Part shown: positions 22,950-34,377 of the stretch, piece by piece
Numbering within the stretch: the stretch's first letter is position 1
Layout of the letters: each line of letters starts with the position of its first letter
DNA from: Paramoeba atlantica
Lineage: Eukaryota; Protista; Discosea
DNA: 64,000 nucleotides
Direction of reading: 5' to 3'
Assembly (NCBI GenBank): GCA_977017575.1
Contig: CDRNVI010000002.1
Coordinates: forward strand, 310,001 to 374,000
Notes under the pieces: model-generated
The model's input: the letters and a program-made list of their open reading frames with translations, nothing else
The model's database searches: none
Told to the model about the DNA's origin: nothing
Translations under genes and position numbers: made by a program

Positions 22950-23530
22950 TTGTCTAAAACTGGTAACGAGTGCTTCATAAATGAGGGCAACGTCATGAAA
23001 TGCACCATATGCGATACTGAAGTTCATTCGAGAAGACTACCAGAACATTTAACTTCAAAAAGGCATGTGAAAAATACTACACCCGACCCTCCTCAAACTT
23101 TAAGCGAAACTAAGAGAGACATTATGGAAGAAGATGTTTCATGCAACGAAGAACTGGTAGATGAAAAATCAAATTATGAAGTTTCTGACCAATCAGAGAA
23201 AGATCCCAGGGAAGTCGTCAGGATATTTTTAAAAGATTCACCTTTTTTCACTCGCGACTGGAGAAACATTATTCAACTCTGCGCAAGTAAAATAAAATCA
23301 GGTTGCATTCGCAAATATAAAGAGCGTTACGATAGCCTTGGCAGTTTTGCTTGTGGAGCCTGCGGAATATTACAGGAATCAACTGCTGCACTAAATCGTA
23401 TTGACTTGTCCGAATGATCAGTACTTCAAGAGGAGAAAAATCCTGTAATGAGCCACATCGATATTGGCGTAAGACACATGCCCCTTGTAAATGAATCGTA
23501 CTATCACGTAAACAATAACCTTTTGAAGCA
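22950..23530 (+). pseudogene. TE-like fragment with U1/matrin-type zinc finger
   Basis: CTICDTEVHSRRLPEHLTSKRH, then FACGACG; stop at 23417; interrupted by a MITE. Confidence 0.45.
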
Positions 23531-23712
23531 CCAGGGTAATGTGGACGAGGGAGATACCAATAGTGTAGGTGCGGCAGTTTTCCACAGGACAAACGGCATC
23601 TCTGCCTTTTTAGGCGTCTGTCTTCAATTCCATAAGGGAAATACCGTTTTTCCTGCGGGAAACTGCCGCACCTACACTATTGGTATCTCCCTCGTCCACT
23701 TTACCCAGGGTT
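23531..23712. mobile_element. Fold-back hairpin MITE, copy 1
   Basis: GTGGACGAGGGAGATACCAATAGTGTAGGTGCGGCAGTTT inverted on the other arm. Confidence 0.85.
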
Positions 23713-23739
23713 GGATATTTTTTAGAAATACGGAAGTCT

Positions 23740-24600
23740 GCACGGAATTCTAATCCTTGTGTAACCCACATGTTCAGGTCAAAGCGCATTAGTAGAAAAG
23801 TATTCATGCAAATCATACAAGGCTGAAACAAAGGTATCATCACGTTAGAAAAAGAGATTCCTTTAGCACGAACCAATGAACTACTACTGTACTAATACAC
23901 AAAGAGAGTTTGCAGAACGATTCAATGAAAACTATTCTACATTTCGCATTAAATAATGAGGAACACGAAACTCGCGAGTGAAAGTAGGATATAAACAATG
24001 TAGCTTTTAAATTCGCACATTCATTACGATGATTTTTTCATCAGTATCTCGTCGCAGACAGGTACAGATGCATTGTCACAGGATTGAAGTTTAAACTTCA
24101 AGACAAAGTCTGCGTTTTAAGCGACTCGCAACAGTATAAAGATTGAATAACCATCACTTTCATTGATTATTTATTCGAGCTAATAGTTCTATCCGATTAT
24201 TTCAAAATCGAGGGAATTCGACTAAGAATGGACCCTCCTCAGTCGGGTGGTAACGATCCTGCTTGAGCACCAAATATGTTCAGCACCAACTAAGTATGTT
24301 ATGAAAGCTCTTGAAGAGCAAAAAACAAAGTCATAAATATATTATATTTTATAATTTTCATAATCTCTCTTCAGAACCTTTGACTTGCCATTTAAAGAAC
24401 CCAAGAAGAGATAGAGTAGACAATGAGGAAGACGAAACATGTGAGAGAAAAATACGCAGAATAAAAACGAAGCTACTCATACATTTGCACATTTCGATTA
24501 CCTTTTCATCGGTATCTCGTCGCAGACAGGTACAGATACATTGTCACAGGATTGAAGTTTAAAACTTCAAGACAAAGTCTGCGTTTTAAGCGACTCGCAA
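23740..24600. repeat. Further copies of the ~400-bp palindrome-core unit
   Basis: 23740-24130 is nearly identical to 18870-19225; extra core at ~24500-24600. Confidence 0.9.
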
Positions 24601-24674
24601 CCGTGCAAAGATGGAATTCTACCCCTCGAATAACCATCACTTCCATTGATTACCTGTACACCGAACACGCCCTC

Positions 24675-26531
24675 CTAGCCTCCTCCCAGCATCCTCGTCG
24701 CCTCCCCATACACCCTTTCATACCTCTCTGGACGTTGTGCGAGATGGAATGCGTAGCTCACCGCACCTGCGGCATGCATGGAGAAACTAAACTGTTTTCG
24801 TCTCATGTGCAGCGCGAGGCGAAGGGCGAGGCCCCACTGCGCGCCCTGGGCTGCGCCCCCGATGACGAGATTCCCCGCGAGGTTACTGGAAAGTCCCCTC
24901 CAGTGGGTGTAGACCCAGAGGTGGTGCCTCCACTGTTGTTCCCTTAGCAATAAATACTGTATCTCGAGCTGTTGTTTAAGGGAGAGAAGTACATGTGGGT
25001 GTTGTTGTTGTTGTTTTAACTTATTATGATTATGAAAACAATCGTTTAAAAGGTTAGAATACAAAGCAAAAGCGGGCTGCCAGCGTTGGCCCGCGAGACA
25101 CTGCTGGACGAGGGTTTGGAGGGTTCTGTGATGGGGGGTTACGTTCCGGTGGGTCATGAGGGTGTAGGTCGCGAGGGCTTGTCGCCATTGGGTGGGGGTA
25201 CAGCTGGAGATGAGGAGGTCATAGCCCAGGCCGTGGGCGGTGTGGCTGGCGTCGTCCATCCAGGACTGGGAAGAGATGCGTGAGGTGTTGTCAAGAGCGC
25301 AGAGGGCAAGGATTTGGGATGGGGAAGAGGAGGAGGAGGAGGAGGCAGAGACCAGTCGAAACGCGGCTAATGTCACGACCCAGTCCTGTTGGGAGGTAGC
25401 GGAGTGTAGAATATCCCAGAAGGTAGTACTGGCGTGAAATGGGGCGTATTTAGCAAGGAAACGAAACCCTTTGCGCCAGTGGGTCCCGGAGAAAAGCAAT
25501 GCGGCGATACGACTCAACCAGTTGGAGGGGATCCCGGACGCGACGTCGGAGAAACTTTTGAGCACACGCAACGCGGCGTCCCAATGACCGGTCTTAATTC
25601 CGAGGCATACCATCATCGCAAGTGTCTCGGAGTCCAACGCAATGCCTTGACAGACCACCTGATGAAGGGATTGAAACGCAGCCGCCCATGACCCCCGAGA
25701 TAAGTACTCGGGAAGGGACACAGGAAGCGAGATGGATTGCCCCTCAGAGAGGTGGAGCATGTCGCTTTTTCGCAGAATCGCCGACAGAATAGCAGGGGAA
25801 ATGCGTTGTTGAAAGGAGGCCTCACGGAGACACTCAATGAGTTGTTTGGGAGGAAGAGGAATTCGTCGCTTGATGGCCCATTGTACCACAGCGGTTGTAT
25901 TGTGTGGGGATAATACACCAAGGAGTGGAGGCCGGGGTGGTCGTATTTGTGTGTAATATTTCAACGCCTCCGTCCACAGACCGGTGCATGTACAGCTATG
26001 ATAGAGCAGCTCGCTATCTTGCGAGTTGATTTGTTTAGGAAGGTGAGTACGAAGTAACTTCAGGAGAATCATGAGTAGCGGTGCGATTTGTTTAAGTGTG
26101 CCCTCATATAGTCGATGTCGCAGCAAGGCGAATATACTAACACAAGCATATTTTGAAAATGCTGCAGCATGCCCTAAGAAAAGCACGTACGACAATGCGC
26201 TTTCCCCATGTATCATAGCTAACGCCCGGGACCATATGGAGTCCATCGATTCTCTTTTCAACTCGGTTTCAATAAATTGGATACATAAGAGTGCTGAAAT
26301 CCAGCATTCATCTTGTAGAAGAGGTAGGCAGAGGTGGCGTTGCAAAATGTGGGCGAATTTATCGTCCTCCTTGTCCGTCTCCGCGCAAGCCCGGTGCAGC
26401 GACGTGGCACACAAGGCAACATCCTCCACGCTTGTGGGAGGAACAATACGGCAGACAGTAGCAAGGGCGTAAAGGTGCTCTTTGGTCTCCTCGAGCTCTT
26501 CTGATGGGTCAACCACGGGCTTATTGCACAT
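24675..26531 (-). CDS. PPR-like helical repeat protein (618 aa)
   Basis: YDLLISSCTPTQWRQALATYTLMTHRNVTPHHRTLQTLVQQCLAGQRWQPAFALY and other W..A(L/F) helix pairs. Confidence 0.65.
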   Translation of the reverse strand: MCNKPVVDPSEELEETKEHLYALATVCRIVPPTSVEDVALCATSLHRACAETDKEDDKFAHILQRHLCLPLLQDECWISALLCIQFIETELKRESMDSIWSRALAMIHGESALSYVLFLGHAAAFSKYACVSIFALLRHRLYEGTLKQIAPLLMILLKLLRTHLPKQINSQDSELLYHSCTCTGLWTEALKYYTQIRPPRPPLLGVLSPHNTTAVVQWAIKRRIPLPPKQLIECLREASFQQRISPAILSAILRKSDMLHLSEGQSISLPVSLPEYLSRGSWAAAFQSLHQVVCQGIALDSETLAMMVCLGIKTGHWDAALRVLKSFSDVASGIPSNWLSRIAALLFSGTHWRKGFRFLAKYAPFHASTTFWDILHSATSQQDWVVTLAAFRLVSASSSSSSSPSQILALCALDNTSRISSQSWMDDASHTAHGLGYDLLISSCTPTQWRQALATYTLMTHRNVTPHHRTLQTLVQQCLAGQRWQPAFALYSNLLNDCFHNHNKLKQQQQHPHVLLSLKQQLEIQYLLLREQQWRHHLWVYTHWRGLSSNLAGNLVIGGAAQGAQWGLALRLALHMRRKQFSFSMHAAGAVSYAFHLAQRPERYERVYGEATRMLGGG

Positions 26532-27101
26532 AAGACAAAAATTGGTCGTATGGTGTAACGCCCGCGGCGTTGACCGCCATTTCAGAAAACTCTTTTTGGT
26601 AACGGCAAACGTTTCCGTCCCTTGTTTGCCTCCTCTCTTCTTCGGTTAGTGTTCCGGATAGCATGAATCATGGTGAAGCGGCAAAAAAAATTGTACAACT
26701 TACATGTATATTGAGTTCAGCCGCGTTAAAAAGTTCTTGAGCAAGAACGAAAATGAGAGTGCAATATAAATAATATCTCGTTGTATCCAAATAAAGAATC
26801 AAAGAAAAAATAATACTGTCGTGATAAATGCGCACCACAAGTACGAGAGTTATTGACTGTCCTGAATAGAATACCGAACTATTCGTATATTCTATTAGAG
26901 ACTTCTTACAGAAATATTATCTACCTGCTACGCGTAATGCCGTCATATGGAGTACAATACAACGGCCTTTACTCAACGTTATCCCATTCACACCCCATTG
27001 ATCTACTCTATCTAAATGAGCGGGATGCACTAAAAACCACAAGAGCCGTAATCAGGATCACAACCTTGTTCCACGAAACCTCACACCCCAACCCCTTGTT
27101 C

Positions 27102-29474
27102 TCACGTCACCAACGTCACCTCATCCCCCCTCTCGTTCTCATTCTCCGTCAGAATCACACTCCCCGCCTCATGGGCCTGTTTCAACGCCTGCGCAACCTG
27201 CACCAGTGAAATTCCCCCATGTTGGACCTCATGATGAACCTCATGCAGCGGAAACGTCACCACCCCCGAATTCTGATACAACGAACTTAACGCCCCCATA
27301 ACCTCTGCCATAACCTCGGGTTCTACCCCCCTAACCCCCCCCTCTACCCCCCTCCCCCCTCCAGAACTCCCCTCCCCCCCATCTCCCCTCCCCCCTTTCC
27401 CTTCCCCCCTCCTCCCCTCCCCCTCCCCCTCTTTTCTCTTCTCCTTCCCTCCCCCCCTCCTCCCCCCCCACTCCGCCATCTCCCCCACCCTCTCCTCCCT
27501 CGCACTCACCGTGGCGTTCACACTCCCCCTCACCAGCCCGTACCCCACCCCCACGTCCTCCACCCCCACCACGGGGCTCATCCGGAGCCGGGCGTGGGCG
27601 GTGGAGAGCCGGATCAGGGACTCCAGGGTTCGCGGGGAGACGTGGAGGACGTCCTGCTTGTCGGCCTCGGGTAGCGGGCCCTGGGCCCCTCGCAGCTCCG
27701 AGTAGAGTTCGGAGACCAGGGCGACGGCGGGGGGGGAGAGGAGGGGGTGGAGCTGCCGCGCCTTGTGGAGGTATTTGCGTAGGAGGGGGAGGGGGAGGAG
27801 GGAGGGTTTGTGCCAGGGGTTGGGGAGGTCGTGGGGGGAAGGGGGAGAGGAGGAGGAGGAGGAAGAAGAGGAAGAGGTGGTTTCGTTTTGTAAGGGGAAG
27901 GCGGTCATGTGGTTGGTAAGGACGTGGGAGGCGAGGGAGCGGGTGTGGACGGTCCCGCGACGGTCAAGGATGAGAAAGGTGAGGTCGAAACGGGAGAGGA
28001 GAGACTCGGGGAGGCCGAGGTTTGTCCCGAGGGAGTGGGCGGTGGAGTAGTACCCGAAGAGGGGGTTGGCAGCCGCGAGGACGGAACACCGGGCGTTGAT
28101 ACTGGCGTGGATTCCGGCCTTCGCGATGGTAATGGTTTGCTGCTCCATCGCTTCGTGCATGGCCACCCGGTCTTGGGAACTCATTTTATCGAATTCGTCA
28201 ATCAGAAGCACGCCGCGATCAGCGAGGACCATCGCCCCCGCACACAGCGTGCGTTCCTTCGAATCCGCATCCTGCATCACCGCCGCCGTGAGCCCCACCC
28301 CTGTGGATCCCCGCCCTGTGGTGTGAATCGCCGTCGGCGCTAGCGCATACACAAACCGCATCAACTGCGATTTCGCCGTCGCGGGTTCCCCCACAAGCAG
28401 TACGTTAATATCCCCACGAATATGTGAATCCTTCACATGACGTTCCACCCCACCCGCAAGCATCAACAAAATCCCTTTCTTCTCCTCCGTCCGTCCATGC
28501 ACACTCGGGGCCACACTCTCCGCCAAAACCTCCAACACATCCCCTCGGGCCGCGATTCGCGCAATCACCTCCTCTTCCTCCTCCGAGATTGCATTTTCCC
28601 CCTCCTTTTCCCCGATGTTTCCCCGGTACGGGGTAATCCCTTTCGCCAGCAGCACGGCATCAAAATCCTTCCTCCCTACCCTATCCCGGACATAGGGCTG
28701 GTGCACCCCCACCACCACCACCTTATCCCCGCTCTTCACCACGTCCACCAAGTCCTCCTCGGCGCGGACCTCCACGCTTCGGGGGAGCTGTCCCGGGGGG
28801 GTGGACTCCGGGGACTCCTGCAGGGTGAACCGCTGGACGTCCTGGTAGGTGGAGAGCCCGAACTCGGTTCGGAGGAGATGCCCGAGGTTGTCCTTGGTGG
28901 GCATGTGGTTAATGACGGGGAGGGTGTCGTTCTCTAGGGAGGGGGCCACGCTGTCACGGTAGCTGCGGGAGGTGTAGCGGGAGGTGGTGGGGCAGTAGTG
29001 GGTGGTGTGGAGGACGCGGCAGCGGGGGAGGGCGACTTTGGTGACGATGCCACGGACCGAGACGAGGTGGGTGGCGCAGGAGGCGGTGAGGTCACGGGGG
29101 GAGAGGGTGGGGCCGGCGAGACCGCGGAGACCGATGCGGAGGGAGGGGGAGGGGGAGAGATTTTGGGTTTTGGATTTGGTAAATGGGGGGGTGTGGCGTT
29201 GGGTGAGCTCGGTGAGGGCCATCTCGAAGAGGGGGAGACAGAGGTTGGGGTTTTCTAAAAGGTCGTGACCGAGGGAGCGGCCACGGTCTTTGTCGGCGGC
29301 GGTGGGGTAGAAATCGAGGAGGTCTTCGAGGTCGACGAGGAGACGGGAACGGCCGAGCTGAAGGGTCTCGCTCATGCGGCGAGCGTAGCGTTCCTCGACG
29401 TGGTCCCAGTTGAGGAAGTCGAGGAAGTGACGACGTAGGGTGGTTTGTTCATCGGTTAAAATACGTCGGTTCAT
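27102..29474 (-). CDS. MCM3: DNA replication licensing factor MCM3
   Basis: GDINVLLVGEPATAKSQL, IDEFDKMS..DRVAMHEAMEQQTITIAKAGI, SRFD; HYCP without a full zinc finger, as typical of MCM3. Confidence 0.93.
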   Translation of the reverse strand: MNRRILTDEQTTLRRHFLDFLNWDHVEERYARRMSETLQLGRSRLLVDLEDLLDFYPTAADKDRGRSLGHDLLENPNLCLPLFEMALTELTQRHTPPFTKSKTQNLSPSPSLRIGLRGLAGPTLSPRDLTASCATHLVSVRGIVTKVALPRCRVLHTTHYCPTTSRYTSRSYRDSVAPSLENDTLPVINHMPTKDNLGHLLRTEFGLSTYQDVQRFTLQESPESTPPGQLPRSVEVRAEEDLVDVVKSGDKVVVVGVHQPYVRDRVGRKDFDAVLLAKGITPYRGNIGEKEGENAISEEEEEVIARIAARGDVLEVLAESVAPSVHGRTEEKKGILLMLAGGVERHVKDSHIRGDINVLLVGEPATAKSQLMRFVYALAPTAIHTTGRGSTGVGLTAAVMQDADSKERTLCAGAMVLADRGVLLIDEFDKMSSQDRVAMHEAMEQQTITIAKAGIHASINARCSVLAAANPLFGYYSTAHSLGTNLGLPESLLSRFDLTFLILDRRGTVHTRSLASHVLTNHMTAFPLQNETTSSSSSSSSSSPPSPHDLPNPWHKPSLLPLPLLRKYLHKARQLHPLLSPPAVALVSELYSELRGAQGPLPEADKQDVLHVSPRTLESLIRLSTAHARLRMSPVVGVEDVGVGYGLVRGSVNATVSAREERVGEMAEWGGRRGGGKEKRKEGEGEGRRGEGKGGRGDGGEGSSGGGRGVEGGVRGVEPEVMAEVMGALSSLYQNSGVVTFPLHEVHHEVQHGGISLVQVAQALKQAHEAGSVILTENENERGDEVTLVT

Positions 29475-29617
29475 GGAGAACTGGAGAGGGTGTGCGTGGT
29501 GTTGTGAGACAGAAATGTATGTGGTCCCTAGGAAAGGAACATTGATGAGGACAAGATGTCGTAAAAGATAACCTCGAAAGAAAATGCACTGAAAGGTGGA
29601 GAAAGTTCTTTTATATA

Positions 29618-30318
29618 CAGGGGTATAAATTTGGATGTGGGGTTTCTAAATTTTGAAAAACTTAGCCAATTTATAAAAACTAATAGCGCATTCGAGAGCT
29701 CTTGAACAGGAATCATGAACGTGCATGATCATGAATGGCATCTGCGTTAATTAGATTTTCAAGTGTTTTGGGAGACAAAATCTTGCATTTTCCAGTTTTT
29801 CTGTTTTCCCCCCTGATTCATGCTACAAAGACGGGACGGTGGACGATCGCCCGAATATAAAGACTACAAAAGGGATTATTCTTCGCCTGGGCAAGTTGAC
29901 GCATACTTCTTGTTGCCGATTACGAAACAACACAATCATTTTGGCGTTGAAAATTTATGGTCCATAGTGAACGACTTCAAAAATGGTTGAGCCCCTCGGA
30001 ATCGTGCAGATTGATCATTCCAATCGAAACAGTGTTTCAAGGCCCCTCAAAACGCTGTGAAGAGCTTTCGAAAGCGATGCCGTATTGTGAATGGAAAGAA
30101 CGGCCATAATTGCGATTCTTAATTATTTTTTTCGATATTTGCTATTGCTTTAGAAAGTACAAATCGTATTGGGCACTTTGTCGGGGGGGAAATACTCCCT
30201 TGTGCCTAGTCCGGCTATGTTCGGTGCATGAGCCCTGTTCGAGAGCTCTCGAATGCGCTATTATTTTCCAAAATTGGTCAAGTTTTGGACCCCCCCCACA
30301 TCCAAATTTACACCCCTG
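29618..30318. mobile_element. MITE (701 bp), CAGGGGT family
   Basis: ~90-bp TIRs CAGGGGT(A/G)TAAATTTGGATGTGGGG...AATAGCGCATTCGAGAGCTCT; TA flanks. Confidence 0.9.
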
Positions 30319-30557
30319 TAAGTTGTAGATTTGGGCGTACCTTGTAGGTTTGAGTACGGAAAAATAGCGCTCGTACGAAGTGCTCCAATTTTTCTCTCTC
30401 GGATCGTAATTCACATTCTTCCTATGTTCATTTTCATTAGGAAAACTTCTATGATTTATATTTCACAGAAGAAATCGTTTGTCATTTACTTACGGGTTTC
30501 ATTGTGTTTTCGTTCTCATAGAATAAATGATGCTCCTACATCGCTAGCTCATGCGTC

Positions 30558-32123
30558 CTACTTATCGGACTCAATCTCTACCGTTGAGTTGACCAGGGAA
30601 CGCTGATACGGGGATAGTGAAGCCAAGAACTCCTCAGTAAGAATGGTCCCATCTCCGGCACAAACCTTGACAGGTGAAAAACGGGGGGGTTGGGTTTCCC
30701 ATTTCTCACACCACTTGGGCAGCACCTCGGTTCGCAGACGTTCATCACAGATTCGTTTATTTTCTGCCTGTGACCTCGTCTCCTGTGACTGCGTCCGGCA
30801 CACTTCTGTGCCGTCCAAAAAGAGAACAGCGGTCACATGGGTCTCTGTTACGTTCGCGGCCTGACCTCCAGGTCCGCTGCTTTTTGTGGTATGGTATTCC
30901 ACTCGGGTACGAAGTCCGGCGTCCAACGTCTGTGCAGCAATCACAGGACGTACACGAAATGTCAATCTCTCCTTGTCCATTCCTTTTCTCTCATGGGTAC
31001 GTTGCTCCTGAGCTGCTGTAGCGCCGAGTACCAACCCATACGCTCCCATACCACCAAGCTTCTGAGTGAAATACACTGCGGTTTGTTTTCCTACGGGCTG
31101 GAGTACAAACCCTCGTGTGGTGAGTTCCTCTCGGAGGTCACCGGGGACTTTGTCCAATGCGCAGCACAGAACACAGTCGAATCGATGCATGGGAAAGCTT
31201 CGCGTGATGTACTCCTCGCAGAGCTCCGCTAGACACTGCGGAGCGCGGATTGTCGTTGCGTGATCGTGGAATTGTTCCTGCAGCAGGTTGGCATATAACC
31301 GATGCACCTCACTGACGGCACGGTCTGCGTTCGAGTGTTCCTGTACAGTACTCGCGGTTAGTATACGGGAACACAGATTAGAAAATGCAACAATGCCAGG
31401 TGACTGTGCCCGCAGCCGCTCGATGCGCTTTTGCATTCGGTGGATCTCCACGTCTCGTGTAGCGAACTCCTTTTCACGCAAAATGGTGTTCTTATGACTG
31501 TCCTCGACACGGGCGAGCTGTTGCGTAAGAGCGGCGTGCTTCTGTTTCAGGTCGCGCACCTCACGTTCTTTTTGCTTTAGGTCCATTTGTTCGTTTCGCA
31601 AGTCCATGTATTTTTGATCGATCTCGTGCAGTGACTTGCGGATACTTCTCTCGGATGTTACCAACTGCGAATTTTGCTGCAGGGTCTCGTTGTGCTGATT
31701 TTGTAGCTTTGTAAATTTTTCGGTTACATTGTCCAGTTGCACTTGTAGTTCTTGTATTCGCTCTCTTCTATGCTTCAACTCGTAAAGGATTTTTTGAACG
31801 CTTTGCGGAAGCTGCGAGAGAGAGTCCTCGGTCATACCTTCTTTGTATCCACATATGGGTGCATGATCTGAAATTTTCGGTGCTGGCGGATAGGGAATCT
31901 TCCTATTAAAAGTACGCTCATATCGATTCGCCTGATCACGAGCCTTCTCGTATAATGAAATCTGCACTTCGATAGCTTGGTGCATGTTTGATAAATTGTT
32001 CGTTATGAAGCGTTGCATGAACGTCGGTTCACTATCTTTTTTAGCATCGCTATTTTTAAAGCGCACCAAAAAGAAGTATGGATTCCGCGAACGTGGTAGG
32101 CTATCAACACACTTGCGTATCAT
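30558..32123 (-). CDS. Coiled-coil protein with C-terminal class I release factor-like GGQ domain
   Basis: Heptad-rich segment followed by TKSSGPGGQAANVTETHV...SQETRSQAENK (RF-1/ICT1-like). Confidence 0.75.
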   Translation of the reverse strand: MIRKCVDSLPRSRNPYFFLVRFKNSDAKKDSEPTFMQRFITNNLSNMHQAIEVQISLYEKARDQANRYERTFNRKIPYPPAPKISDHAPICGYKEGMTEDSLSQLPQSVQKILYELKHRRERIQELQVQLDNVTEKFTKLQNQHNETLQQNSQLVTSERSIRKSLHEIDQKYMDLRNEQMDLKQKEREVRDLKQKHAALTQQLARVEDSHKNTILREKEFATRDVEIHRMQKRIERLRAQSPGIVAFSNLCSRILTASTVQEHSNADRAVSEVHRLYANLLQEQFHDHATTIRAPQCLAELCEEYITRSFPMHRFDCVLCCALDKVPGDLREELTTRGFVLQPVGKQTAVYFTQKLGGMGAYGLVLGATAAQEQRTHERKGMDKERLTFRVRPVIAAQTLDAGLRTRVEYHTTKSSGPGGQAANVTETHVTAVLFLDGTEVCRTQSQETRSQAENKRICDERLRTEVLPKWCEKWETQPPRFSPVKVCAGDGTILTEEFLASLSPYQRSLVNSTVEIESDK

Positions 32124-32256
32124 TCAGTTAAATTTTTTGAGTAAGATTTTAATCAAAATCAGTTAGTGATATTGTTCAAAAGTACACAGCAGAAACGAAG
32201 TCAGAACGATAATACATGTATACGCATGCATGAGTACGAATACCTGATATGCTATA

Positions 32257-32350
32257 CAGGGGCGCAAATCGGGTGCTGGGGGTCTAAATTTTGTAATCTT
32301 TTCTCAATTTTGGAAAATAATAGCGCATTCGAGAGCTCTCGCAGAGGTCT
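32257..32350 (+). repeat. Solo TIR of the CAGGGG/GCGCATTCGAGAGCTCTC family
   Basis: TA-CAGGGGCGCAAATC...AATAGCGCATTCGAGAGCTCTC. Confidence 0.75.
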
Positions 32351-32995
32351 ATGTTTTTGAATAGGAAGTTTTCCGGGGTGTAAGGCGGTGCTTAACTGAG
32401 CAGAAATCCAAAAATGTCACGCGTTGACGACAATGTCATGACTATCTGTTTTAATGTAATCAACTGCCTTTTCAATAGATCACAAAATTTCTATTAGTGT
32501 GATACGGACAGATTTTTGGACTTTGCCCGTATTAAATGGGGGGTGCCCATGGCGCAGAAAATGACGCTATTTCTTACCGATAAAATATGTGTATAATATT
32601 AAATATTCCCCTGCACTTTTACCGGAGGTATCGTATCTTGGTCGAGTGATATATGAGATTCGTCGCCGATTCGCGGCTTCGGTGGATGCTTCCTGATCCA
32701 TGATGTGAGCAGATCATTTGTACCATGTGATGAAGTATCACACTGTTGAGACATGGTGTTGTTATGAAAAATATTCTCTGAATCAAATTCTAAGCACAAA
32801 AATGAGGAAAACTGAGGAAAATATACTTCAATATTTTTGATATTGCTCAAAACAGGCGTCTAAGCCAAAAAGATAATTTTCTCCGAAAATCGAAATCGGA
32901 AGGTAAAAAAAATTCCCAAAAAAAATCCGGGCAGGGGGGTCAGGGGGTCCGTATTAAAGGGGGGTCACAGTATGATGACACTTACGGTATTTAGG

Positions 32996-33733
32996 TCAAC
33001 CTCTCCACGCTACAAAATCTCTGCGCGGATAAACGCCTTCGTTTCGAAGATTTGTATCGTTCGTTAAAGTGACATTGGTATTCATAAAATTGAAGCTCAA
33101 TGTAGGTAAAAAACTTGAAATGTCGACAATTCCGCAAAGACTTGGATTGAAAGCCACACTTAAGTAGGAAAGAGACTCGGGAAGATTTGTAAACTTCAAC
33201 TCTCCACTGAATCTATTCATGGATATCATGAGACCTTTTAATGAGAGTGACATATTTTCTAAGTCTGGAGTGCCACTAAATTGATTTTCACTGAGATCAA
33301 GGAGCGTCATGGTGGGAAAACTTTCGAGTCTGAGCTTACCGGAGAACGTGTTAGCGTTCATGATAAGGTTCTTTAATTCAGGTAAACAAACGTCAAAATT
33401 CACTTCTCCCGTAAATTTGGCATCGAAAACAGAAAAGTCTTCTACAGTTTTTGGAAGGAACTCAAAATTTAGCTTTCCACCTATGTTCAAAAGATCCCAA
33501 TTAACTGAGGAAATTTCTGACCGTTCATTGCATGTTACGCCTTGCCAAGTACACACGGATACTATTTTGACACGCCCTAACAAACCCCTTCGTTTCGTAG
33601 TTTTCCACGATTTCATTTTGTGTCGTACATTTTCAGTAAAGCGTTCCATCATTTGTTCCTGAGGCAGAAGGGCCATAGATACCTTTCCACGCCGCAGATC
33701 ACGACCGTCATCGACACAGTATAAGTTTAGCAT
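32996..33733 (-). CDS. Leucine-rich repeat protein
   Basis: TWQGVTCN N-cap and L.L..N.FSG..DL..LP repeats. Confidence 0.8.
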   Translation of the reverse strand: MLNLYCVDDGRDLRRGKVSMALLPQEQMMERFTENVRHKMKSWKTTKRRGLLGRVKIVSVCTWQGVTCNERSEISSVNWDLLNIGGKLNFEFLPKTVEDFSVFDAKFTGEVNFDVCLPELKNLIMNANTFSGKLRLESFPTMTLLDLSENQFSGTPDLENMSLSLKGLMISMNRFSGELKFTNLPESLSYLSVAFNPSLCGIVDISSFLPTLSFNFMNTNVTLTNDTNLRNEGVYPRRDFVAWRG

Positions 33734-34377
33734 CTAGGTAAAACGTTTAAAGATAATTATTTTTTAAACATAAACCCTGTTCCGGGTTAATGTGTCTATA
33801 GCTACGTATTGTGCCGGGGGGGCACAATAACCCGGAACACGGTTTACTAGTGATACTGTAAGTACAGTGAGGCCAATATTCGTGGAACAAAAGTAAGTAG
33901 GTTTTTTTATTAAAAGGGGCCTTTATTTCGGTTTTCCGGAGTGCGATCTTTTTTTCCTTATTCGAACCCTCTGGTATGGACATCCGATATCGCTTTATCA
34001 CTGCCACCGCCATCGAACTTGGTAGAAGTATGTGTAGGGCTACGTGCGTAGGGTTGTACAAACGCATGAAGGACTTAAACGAAATTGAAGCACGTGAGCG
34101 CCATAATATACTGATTCAGTATATCATGCTCATAAAAGTTGATGCGAATAAAACCTTACAAGCTCACTAGACGCATCAGGGGACATCGTATTTGATGACG
34201 TAGATGATCCTCAAAAGCAAACTTCAATGCCAATAACGAATGACGAGACAGCTGCCTCCAATTCGCACAGCGAAAAAAGAAAATGCAAACGCCCTCGGAA
34301 AACACTATCGAGTGAAGACCTTGAAATACAGCGACGCGTGGTGAACTATTCACTTTCCTGCGAGCTCTTATTAGTTA

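Noticed and set aside
22950-24650. Helitron call
   Set aside because: No HUH or helicase motifs, and no clear TC...CTRR ends with hairpin; kept only as a hypothesis.
33970-34375. Possible older Tc1 HTH remnant (RPRKTLSSED) interrupted by the 34378 element
   Set aside because: Only a short motif across broken frames; insufficient support.
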